From positions 1-64,000 of the IMG/VR virus record IMGVR_UViG_3300033997_000141: a stretch of 64,000 nt of DNA; one strand, 5' to 3'. The notes under the pieces were generated by a model. That model was not told where the DNA came from, did no database searches, and worked only from the letters and a program-made list of their open reading frames with translations. Of this stretch, positions 1 to 7,291 are shown one piece after another. How positions within the stretch are numbered: the stretch's first letter is position 1; each line of letters opens with the position of its first letter. A program made the translations under genes and the position numbers. Source of the DNA: a virus.

Positions 1-146
1 TCGCTGGGTGACGGGGCCACCCAGGACTGGGTAACCTGCTCGCTGCAACGATCAGCCGCCACGCCGTCAATGACGGTCGGCGTGCATGACATGGAGACCA
101 GCAGGGCGGCAAGCTTGCCGCCCCCGGTTACGGCGGCCAGAATCAT
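1..146 (-). CDS. hypothetical protein, partial (runs off window)
   Basis: ATG at 146 overlaps the stop of 143..895 (ATGA coupling). Frame reads MILAAVTGGGKLAALLVSMSCTPTVIDG and stays open to the window edge. Confidence 0.55.
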   Translation of the reverse strand, partial: MILAAVTGGGKLAALLVSMSCTPTVIDGVAADRCSEQVTQSWVAPSPS

Positions 147-895
147 GCCGCCACCTTTTCGTCAGCCACTTTGCCACCGGCGCGGGCCGACTTGCCCTTT
201 TGGCCGGACTTGAGCAGTTCGTCAGCCTTGACCGGGTCAATCGGCGTCTCATCCTTGACCAAGGCAGCGGTGAGCGCTTCCAACAGCAGGTAAACGCTTT
301 TCGCCTTGTCGGCGGCGGCCTTGAGTTCGTCGCTGGCGCCAATAAAGCGCTTGGCGTCCATCGCGGCCAGGGCCTTGTCCAGTTGCTTGGCCAGCGCCTT
401 CGCGGCCACCGTGGGGAGCGCTTCGTCTTCCACGTCCTTGGACGCCGTTTCGCGGTTGCGCCATTCGGTCAAGGTCAGCGCAAAGTCGCCGTGTGGGCGG
501 TAGAACTTTTCGCGGAACTCGACAATGCCGGCGGCTTCGTCGGCTGCCGTGGCAGTCGGGTCGGCGAAGTGGGTTTGCAGGATGGAATCCTTCGCGACTT
601 TCGAGCGGGCCAGCTTTTGGTTGTCTTTGTCCCACTTCAGCGCCGGGTAAAAGGCGCTGACATATTGGAAGACTTCCTTACCCAGCTTCGACAGGTCGCC
701 GTTACGCATCCGCAAAACTTGTTGGTCAAACAGGCTGACCAGCCAAGCGTTGTTGCCATGTTCGGCCAGTTGGCGAGCGCCAGCGTTAGCCCAAACCGAG
801 AAAATCTCATCCAAGCTGCCGACCCGGCGAGCGTAGGAAGCAATGACGGTGCCGTTTACCGGCTTGCCTTGTACAACCATGTTAATCTTGGCCAT
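143..895 (-). CDS. hypothetical phage protein, 250 aa
   Basis: Long ORF with protein-like composition and an AGGA SD upstream of the ATG. Confidence 0.85.
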   Translation of the reverse strand: MAKINMVVQGKPVNGTVIASYARRVGSLDEIFSVWANAGARQLAEHGNNAWLVSLFDQQVLRMRNGDLSKLGKEVFQYVSAFYPALKWDKDNQKLARSKVAKDSILQTHFADPTATAADEAAGIVEFREKFYRPHGDFALTLTEWRNRETASKDVEDEALPTVAAKALAKQLDKALAAMDAKRFIGASDELKAAADKAKSVYLLLEALTAALVKDETPIDPVKADELLKSGQKGKSARAGGKVADEKVAA

Positions 896-1650
896 GTTGG
901 TTAATCCTATTTCTGTTAGTTGGCTATGGAGAGCCTTCGAAACAAAGGCTCTATCTAGACAACTGGGTTATTCAATTACTAATTCTAAGTTCTGTATGCG
1001 GGGCCGTTGTAGGCGGCCCCGTTGCCCCACGCTGCCAATCTGCGCAGCGTGTGCCGTGTGACCGTCCGTTGTGGGGTTGCCCGGTTTGCCAGTTTGGTGT
1101 GGCGGTATCGGTATAGGGTGTTACATGCCCTGGCCCCGGTGCGGTTCGGTCGGTCTGTTACGGTTATCGATGTTAAAGAGTGGGTAACAATTGTGGCCGC
1201 TGGCAGTAGGTTGCTCATTCACCCAATTAAGGGGAACAAACATACCCGACTAGAGTTACCGGTAAAGCATATAAAGAGACTTGGCATTCCCCCGGTGAAT
1301 CGGGGGATAACGTCATGGTCTGTCGCGTACAACTCGCATGATCCCGCTGGCTATCTGTCTGCCTGTTAGTTGTATAACGTCGATCAACTAACAGGCCTGT
1401 ATATGCATAGGTCGGTTTGCCTTTCCGATAATCCCGAAACACAAGTGATTATCGTTTACACTCGGCAAGCCGCCCCCGATACCAGGTCAAGCGACCTGGT
1501 AGGCTGGTTGTGCTCTAGCGTGCACTGGCCACAAATTGTTAAAGAGCGGGCTAGCGTAGTCGGCAGGGTGCGCAAGGCAAGTACCGGCTAGCAGGGCAAG
1601 GGCAGGGCCCCGGCCAGTGGTAGGGGAAGAACCCTTACCGCTTGAGAGGA

Positions 1651-1679
1651 ATACTATAAGGGTATAAGAGGAAAGGCAA
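1651..1679 (-). promoter_or_regulatory. sigma70-like promoter, leftward
   Basis: TTGCCT-17 nt-TAGTAT on the minus strand in an AT-rich intergenic region. Confidence 0.5.
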
Positions 1680-1903
1680 GCGGTAAGGTAAAAATTATTT
1701 TGACCGTTCGTCGGTAGGTCAGTAACCCCCACCCCGATTTTTGGCACGTTAGAGACGTGCCACAGCGCCTAGTGCCCTCCCGCAAAATTTTCGATTTTTC
1801 ATCCCAGGTCACTTACACTCCCCCCGTCACCCAAAAGCTAGCCCTCGACGGGGCTCTGGTTGGCGCCATCCCCGTCACCCTCCCCCACACGGACGATCAC
1901 CCC

Positions 1904-2269
1904 ATGACCCAGGTCTACACCGGCACTATCACCAGCCTCGGCTGGAAGCATGACGACAACACCGCGGCTCTGCGCATGCCAGGCGGCGCGCACCTGCACA
2001 TCAACCGCGAAGACTTCAACGCCAACTTCCTGGCCCTCGGCCACATCGACCACCTGCCGCCGCACCAACAGCGCGTCATCGCCGAGCACGCGGTGAACAA
2101 AGACCGCCTGGTCAAGCTGTCCGAGTTCGTGCTAGGTGACGTGTACAAGACGCTGGCGGAAGAGGAGAAAACCGACCTGAGCGAGCAGCTTGAGCTGATG
2201 CTGAAACTCGATGGCGTGCTGAATAGCCGCATCAAGCGTTTCACGCAGGTTGCACAGGCCTCCGCGTGA
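1904..2269 (+). CDS. crAss001_48-like protein
   Basis: C-terminal PPHQQRVIAE..DRLVKLSEFV..LSEQLELM..VLNSRIKRF matches the recalled family pattern. ATG 1904 chosen within ORF 1757..2269. Confidence 0.65.
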   Translation: MTQVYTGTITSLGWKHDDNTAALRMPGGAHLHINREDFNANFLALGHIDHLPPHQQRVIAEHAVNKDRLVKLSEFVLGDVYKTLAEEEKTDLSEQLELMLKLDGVLNSRIKRFTQVAQASA

Positions 2270-2323
2270 TCGCATGATGGGCGGGCCAAAACCTGCCCAT
2301 CAGCCACACCCAGGACGACCACC

Positions 2324-2722
2324 ATGACCCCTCCCACCATCCTCGTGTCCCTCAGCCTCCACCAGAACGGCTCCGCCATCCGCAGTGACCGCCTGCGCCA
2401 CCCGCCCCTGATGGTCCACGAGGAGCCTGGCTTCTACACCTACGACGGCAAATTCATCGCCCTGAACGGCCCGATCGAGCGGATGGCCGAGGACATCAAC
2501 AGCAGGCCGCACGCCATCGACATCTGGATGGAGGGCTACAAGGTCACAGGCAATGCCAGCGGCGCCCAGTTCATCGGCACCGGGTATGGCCGCAACGTGG
2601 CGGAGGCTGCGCTGGAGCTTCACAGCCGCCGGCCGATCGAGAGCCTGAGCAAGGACGGCACCGCGATCTGGGGGTGCAAGCTGTTTGACAACGAGGCAGA
2701 TGCGCGCAAGAGTTTCGGCTGA
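2324..2722 (+). CDS. hypothetical protein
   Basis: ORF with AGGA SD and phage-like codon usage. Confidence 0.75.
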   Translation: MTPPTILVSLSLHQNGSAIRSDRLRHPPLMVHEEPGFYTYDGKFIALNGPIERMAEDINSRPHAIDIWMEGYKVTGNASGAQFIGTGYGRNVAEAALELHSRRPIESLSKDGTAIWGCKLFDNEADARKSFG

Positions 2723-2761
2723 GGGGCACTGAAGCCCGCACGGAAAGCATGAAGGTGAAGG

Positions 2762-3064
2762 ATGACCGCAGGACTCGAGACCTACACAGCAACAGGGCAG
2801 CTGTCCATGAGCGTCACGGACAGCATCACCCGTGTCCTGGGCACCTACGAAACCGGGACGGCTGACGGATCAATCCAGGTCCCCGGCTTCGCGGGCGTCC
2901 CGTATGAGCGGAGGTTCTGCACCACGCTGAACTTCACCAACGGTGGCACCAATGGACAGTACCTGCCCGTGGTCAGCTTCACGCCTACCGGCCTGGCTTG
3001 GGCGTTCAGGTCTAACTGGTACAACGTCAAAGACTCCGCCGTTCTGCTGTTCGGGGTGTTCTGA
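2762..3064 (+). CDS. tail-tip small accessory/adaptor protein, copy A (paralog of 33031..33345)
   Basis: MTAGLETYTATGQL...GSIQVPG...PVVS...FGVF aligns with MPVGLQTWDASGRL...GSVNVPG...PAVS...VGVY. Confidence 0.75.
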   Translation: MTAGLETYTATGQLSMSVTDSITRVLGTYETGTADGSIQVPGFAGVPYERRFCTTLNFTNGGTNGQYLPVVSFTPTGLAWAFRSNWYNVKDSAVLLFGVF

Positions 3065-3784
3065 TGGCAGAGGCCGGGCTCACCGTCTACAACGACGCCA
3101 ACGTCATCCAGATCGACAGCACCTATTTCAACTACACGCTGAGGCAGAAGATCGTCGGCACGGTGGTCGAGGAGCTGATTGGCGGGCGGTACCCCGTGAA
3201 GACGCTGACCATCACTCACAACGTCACCGGTCCCGCGATAGTCGCGATCCAGATGCCGGAGGGGCGCGAGATTGGCTTGATCTCGTGCATCGCGGGGGGG
3301 CGGCGGCGTGACCATGAAATACGCGATCTTTCACTTCCCTGACCCTGTAGGAACTCAACTCGCGGTGTATGTGTTCGGTACTCCGGTGCATACAGGTAAC
3401 TTCGGCTTGCAGGTGTTCAATGCCCAGGGCCAGCTGGTGTTCAGCTCCGAGTCAGGCTACATGAAGGTCGTGGGCAACTGGCTGTCGCCTCCGCAAGGAC
3501 CAGGTGGTACAGGCACGAGTGGACCGTTCTACATGTACAAGGACGTGCCCACAGCGGCCCTGGTGATTTCCAGGTGGGCCGGCGATTACGACGCCAGGTT
3601 CTACCGCAACGACTACTGGTACGAAGAAGCCACCAACATCATCACGTACAAAAAGACCGGGACAAGGATCGACACTGGCTCATACCAGATTTACAGGTAC
3701 GGCTACAGCTCAACGACAGGGGTCAGTTACCACGACAACCTCTGGGACAACGCGGCAATGATTTTGGACGTCACAGGGCTGTGA
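3064..3784 (+). pseudogene. tail-tip receptor-binding protein, copy A, frameshifted at G7 tract (paralog of 33345..34043)
   Basis: ORFs 3064..3342 and 3308..3784 join into one 239-aa frame if one G is removed from G7 at 3294-3300. N-terminus (GLTVYNDANVIQIDS), middle (GLQVFNAQGQLVFSS) and C-terminus (ILDVTGL) match the paralog. Confidence 0.75.
3294..3300 (+). repeat. G7 homopolymer at the frameshift (candidate contingency tract)
   Basis: ATC GC[GGGGGGG]CGGCGGCGTG; G6 or G9 restores the frame. Confidence 0.8.
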
Positions 3785-3787
3785 GGC

Positions 3788-3816
3788 TTGCGCTGCTCAG
3801 CGCAAATAGCTACAGT
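3788..3816 (+). promoter_or_regulatory. sigma70-like promoter for the RNA/tRNA cluster
   Basis: TTGCGC-17 nt-TACAGT; overlaps the inverted repeat TTGCGCTG/CAGCGCAA. Confidence 0.55.
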
Positions 3817-3823
3817 CCACCTC

Positions 3824-3893
3824 GCGCTCCGGGGTTCAATCCCCTGGGGTCGGGGTTAGGTCGAAAGATTCCCCTGGCCGATGGGTCCAGCGC
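3824..3893 (+). ncRNA. putative tRNA-like structured RNA
   Basis: Closing stem GCGCT/AGCGC, canonical T-arm CCGGGG-TTCAATC-CCCTGG and a GAAA-tetraloop hairpin. Begins at the expected transcription start. Confidence 0.4.
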
Positions 3894-3897
3894 ATGC

Positions 3898-3974
3898 AGA
3901 GGGTTGGCGAAGCGGTCAAACGCACCGGGTTTTGATCCCGGCAGTCCAAGGTTCGAATCCTTGACCCTCTTCCA
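3898..3974 (+). tRNA. tRNA-Gln(UUG)
   Basis: Acceptor AGAGGGT/ACCCTCT, anticodon arm CCGGG-TTTTGAT-CCCGG, T-arm GGTTCGAATCC, encoded CCA. Confidence 0.93.
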
Positions 3975-3975
3975 C

Positions 3976-4051
3976 AGGCTTGTAGCTCAGTTGGTAGAGC
4001 ACGCGGCTGTTAACCGCGGGGTCCCTGGTTCGAGCCCAGGCTAGCCTGCCA
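3976..4051 (+). tRNA. tRNA-Asn(GUU)
   Basis: 76-nt cloverleaf, anticodon arm CGCGG-CTGTTAA-CCGCG, CCA end. Confidence 0.95.
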
Positions 4052-4093
4052 TTTTACCGGGGTTCTTTTACGGCCAGAGGCCGGCCCCACCTT

Positions 4094-4169
4094 GCCGTCA
4101 TAGCTCAGTTGGCAGAGCAGCCGACTTGTAATCGGCAGGCCCGGGGTTCGAAACCTCGTGACGGCACCA
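4094..4169 (+). tRNA. tRNA-Thr(UGU)
   Basis: 76-nt cloverleaf, anticodon arm GCCGA-CTTGTAA-TCGGC, CCA end. Confidence 0.96.
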
Positions 4170-4170
4170 C

Positions 4171-4246
4171 GCGCAGGTAGCTCAACTGGCAGAGCACTGG
4201 TCTCCAAAACCAGGGGTTGGAAGTTCGACTCTTCCCCGGCGCGCCA
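4171..4246 (+). tRNA. tRNA-Trp(CCA)
   Basis: 76-nt cloverleaf, anticodon arm CTGGT-CTCCAAA-ACCAG, CCA end. Confidence 0.94.
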
Positions 4247-4315
4247 CTTCCCATTCTCCGCTCCCACAGGTATCGTCCGCTGAACAACCCACTTTTCAGC
4301 ACAAGGACGACCGAC

Positions 4316-4738
4316 ATGACTGAACCCACCGCCCCACCCCTGATCCTGCGCGAAGTCCACAACCACAACGCCTTCCACCCCGAGTACCGCCTGCGCGTGT
4401 ACGCGGTGGGCGAGCGCGGCCCCAACGGCGACAACCACCTGTACTTGATCAACGGCCAGAAGTTCTCGATGCCGGTGCAGGATGAGAACGGAGTGATCCG
4501 CGCGCGGCTCAGCTCGCTGCCGATCAAGTTCCAGGAAGGCGACCCGTCCCAGGGCTACAACGGGGTGACCATCGAGTCGCTGCTGGCGGTGGCCTATGAC
4601 CGCCTCAACGGTTGCCAGACCGGGCCGTTCGCCAGCGAGCACAACGCCCAGGCCATGATCGCCATCAGCAAAGCGCTGGAGCACCTGCATGACCGCTCCC
4701 GCGAACGCCTCGCCGCCCAGGAGAACGCCAGTGAATGA
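4316..4738 (+). CDS. tad1: Tad1-family anti-defence nucleotide sponge homologue
   Basis: GERGPNGDNHLYLI...IKFQEG...NGVTIESLLAVAYDRLNGCQTGPFASEHNAQA...ALEHLHDR parallels the recalled Tad1 motifs (GPGGAYHEY, IKFQKG, DLLEIVRDRL, FQAGPFSSRENA). AAGGA SD. Confidence 0.75.
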   Translation: MTEPTAPPLILREVHNHNAFHPEYRLRVYAVGERGPNGDNHLYLINGQKFSMPVQDENGVIRARLSSLPIKFQEGDPSQGYNGVTIESLLAVAYDRLNGCQTGPFASEHNAQAMIAISKALEHLHDRSRERLAAQENASE

Positions 4739-5171
4739 GCCCGAAGTGACTACCGACCTGGACGCCGAGGTGCAGGAGAACCTGCTGCCTCCCCTGTTCC
4801 AGAGCATCGAGCAGGTTGAGCCGCCGAAGCCTGACCCGGTACCACCAGGTCCGCAGATCCTGGCCACCGAGCCTGAGCAGGCTCCGCAGCCGGTGCCCCC
4901 ATCGCTCGAGCAACAGCTGCCTGACCTGCCTGCGGTGCGCAACCGCATGGGCGACATGCGCCAGGACCTGAACCTGATCACCAACCGCCTGGCCCAGATC
5001 CAGACCTACCAGAGCCCTGAGCTGGCCCAGGCCTGCATCCGCGCCACCGAGTTCATGGTGTGGATCGACATGGCGATCCAGAAGGCCGAGGCCGAGGAGG
5101 CTGCCCGCGCGAACGGCTTCGACATCCGACCGCGTGATATTCAGCAGCAGCAGCAGCATCCGCTGAGTTGA
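4731..5171 (+). CDS. hypothetical protein, P/E/Q-rich N-terminus, possible Acb2/Tad1-like helical hairpin
   Basis: GTG start overlaps the tad1 3' end. C-terminal SPELAQACIRATEFMVWIDMAI. Confidence 0.6.
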   Translation: MNEPEVTTDLDAEVQENLLPPLFQSIEQVEPPKPDPVPPGPQILATEPEQAPQPVPPSLEQQLPDLPAVRNRMGDMRQDLNLITNRLAQIQTYQSPELAQACIRATEFMVWIDMAIQKAEAEEAARANGFDIRPRDIQQQQQHPLS

Positions 5172-5197
5172 CACTTGGCCCGGGCACGGCCTACTCT
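5168..5197 (+). promoter_or_regulatory. sigma70-like promoter
   Basis: TTGACA-18 nt-TACTCT. Confidence 0.5.
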
Positions 5198-5280
5198 GGC
5201 GGCTCGGACATGCTGCAACACGGCCTGGTCTTGATTCCGGCGAGACCAGGCCACTCCTCCGCCCAATCTGTTTCACCCGC

Positions 5281-5309
5281 TTGACACCTACCCTCGCCCC
5301 AACTAGGAT
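5281..5309 (+). promoter_or_regulatory. sigma70-like promoter
   Basis: TTGACA-17 nt-TAGGAT. Confidence 0.6.
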
Positions 5310-5628
5310 CCATTTCGTCAGCGCTCCAGTGCAGACACGTCGGCGCGGAGGGGTCCAGAAGGTCTCGTCCACCAGCTCGAACCCCGCCGCCCCGACAGCC
5401 TCCTTTGACGTGCAGAGCCCCGCGACATGGATGTCGCACCCCTCCTTTCGCATTACCCCCATTCCTTGACCTTTACCAAATTCTCCGTCAATCTGCGCAC
5501 TATGGGCGGCCCATAACGCAGGGACGCGCCACTGCCCGGGCCCCGCCAGCCCCGCCAGTCGTGCGAAGGAGAAAGCTCTCTACCGCCCGCCAACCCACAG
5601 CAGGATGCACAAGGCGGATGGAATCGAC

Positions 5629-5940
5629 ATGCCAAAACCAAAGGAACCACCTGCCAACCGGCAGGACCTGATCCAGTACGTGGCCAACGAGGCCGGCCTG
5701 AGCATGAGCCAGGCCAAAGAAGTGGTGGACATGACCCTCAAGGGCATCGTCTTCCTGGTGGACAACGCCCCCTACCTCCAGATCAGCGGCTTCGGCCGGT
5801 TCGAAATGCGCAAGCGCAAGGCCCGCGTGAACAAGCGGCCGATCGCCGGTGGCGCGCCGATCATCAACGAGGGCTACAGCACCCTCTGGTACCGCGCCTC
5901 GCCGACGTTGCAGATCGCCGAGGGCGGCAGCAATGACTGA
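5629..5940 (+). CDS. HU/IHF-family DNA-binding protein
   Basis: NRQDLIQYVANEAGLSMSQAKEVVD...ISGFGRFEMRKRKAR signature. Confidence 0.9.
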   Translation: MPKPKEPPANRQDLIQYVANEAGLSMSQAKEVVDMTLKGIVFLVDNAPYLQISGFGRFEMRKRKARVNKRPIAGGAPIINEGYSTLWYRASPTLQIAEGGSND

Positions 5941-6490
5941 GTCTCGCGAGGTCCACTCGCGGAACTACGACAGCCTGCCAGCGCCGGTGGACGTGACCGA
6001 TATCGAGTCGCTGCGCTTCGCCGACCCCGGCATGTACGAGGCCTATGAGGCCATCCTGGCCGGTCTGCGCCAGGACCTGCTGCCCAGTGACGCTTCCATG
6101 GCCCTGCTCGAGGCGATGAACCCGGCGATCCAGCGCGAGCTGGTCAGCCGCATCGCTGGCCTGGAGTCCTCAGTGCTGATGACGATCAAGTCCCAGCTGG
6201 TGCTGGTCGATGCGGTCCTGCGCCGGGTGGTGAACCCTGACGGCTCGCCGGTGAGCACTCGCGACGACACCGGCATCACCCCGAAGGAAGCGATCAACCT
6301 CTCGATCAAGATCACCCAGATGCTGACCCGCGACATCCCCAAGCTGTACACCGCGGATCGCTACCAGCGCGCCGAAGCGACCCTGTTCGGGATCGTCGAG
6401 CGCATGCTGACGAAGGAGCAGCAGGATGCCTTCCTGCGCGAGCTGCATGAACAGACCCTCAAGGATGCCAAGCAAGGAGATCGAGGATGA
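5933..6490 (+). CDS. putative terminase small subunit
   Basis: Helical 185-aa ORF upstream of TerL; positional inference only. Confidence 0.45.
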   Translation: MTESREVHSRNYDSLPAPVDVTDIESLRFADPGMYEAYEAILAGLRQDLLPSDASMALLEAMNPAIQRELVSRIAGLESSVLMTIKSQLVLVDAVLRRVVNPDGSPVSTRDDTGITPKEAINLSIKITQMLTRDIPKLYTADRYQRAEATLFGIVERMLTKEQQDAFLRELHEQTLKDAKQGDRG

Positions 6491-6738
6491 ACGAAGGATT
6501 GAATGCCCATCAGAAAGCCACGGACATGGAACTGATCGTAGCCGGGCAGGCGTATGGCCTGACCCCAGAGGAGGAGCGGCAGGCTGACCTGCGCTACTTC
6601 GCCGCGCACTGCCCTATCACCCTGAGCGAGTGCAGGATGGTAGCGCAGCTGGAGTTCGGTGAGTCGCTGATGGACGCCTACGCGCAGCTGCGCTGGGAAT
6701 ACGCCTTGAAGATGGTGGACTCGGGAGCGCGGCCATGA
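6487..6738 (+). CDS. hypothetical protein
   Basis: Start and stop overlap both neighbours. Confidence 0.7.
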   Translation: MNEGLNAHQKATDMELIVAGQAYGLTPEEERQADLRYFAAHCPITLSECRMVAQLEFGESLMDAYAQLRWEYALKMVDSGARP

Positions 6739-7280
6739 GCGATCGTGAATGGACTGGCAGACTGCGCTGGCGCGGGTTCTTCCGTCGGCGCTTGCAGATG
6801 GAGCGCAAGCTCGACGGCCACACCGGGCGCCTGCTGGGGCAGTCCACCATGTGGTTCGATGTGAACGAAGTGGAGCTGTCCGAGATCCACGAGACCGTGG
6901 CCAGCCTGCGCAAGCAGTTGGGCATGGCACGGATTCGAGAGGAGCGCCAGCAGACCCCGGTGACGACCCTTGAGTGCCGCGTGCGCCCGCGGGCTGACAT
7001 GCCGCTCAGCGAGATTGAATCCCGGATAGTCGAAGAAATCCAGCTTGGCCCGTTTGCCTATACCACCGGTGGAATGCTGGCGGCCAAGACGACCCATCGC
7101 CTCGGCGAGGAGACCAGCGAGCAGACCAGGCCGTGCCAGGCGCCACCGCACCGTAATCCACCGGATGTGGACTCCGGCAGCCTGGCATCCTGCGTTAGCC
7201 GGCACACTTCGCAGCCATCGGACTCCTTCCAGGGGTTCCCTTCCTCCTCGGACACATCGAGCTCCACCACAGCTGACTGA
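6735..7280 (+). CDS. hypothetical protein, S/T-rich C-terminus
   Basis: ATGA coupling; fills the gap before TerL. Confidence 0.7.
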   Translation: MSDREWTGRLRWRGFFRRRLQMERKLDGHTGRLLGQSTMWFDVNEVELSEIHETVASLRKQLGMARIREERQQTPVTTLECRVRPRADMPLSEIESRIVEEIQLGPFAYTTGGMLAAKTTHRLGEETSEQTRPCQAPPHRNPPDVDSGSLASCVSRHTSQPSDSFQGFPSSSDTSSSTTAD

Positions 7281-7291
7281 AGGATCAGGCC

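Noticed and set aside
896-1903. Short ORFs, or a CRISPR-like array, in the non-coding region
   Set aside because: ORFs lack SD sequences and phage codon bias; no regularly spaced direct repeats seen.
4052-4093. Possible fifth tRNA between Asn and Thr
   Set aside because: Only 42 nt; a GC hairpin without a cloverleaf.
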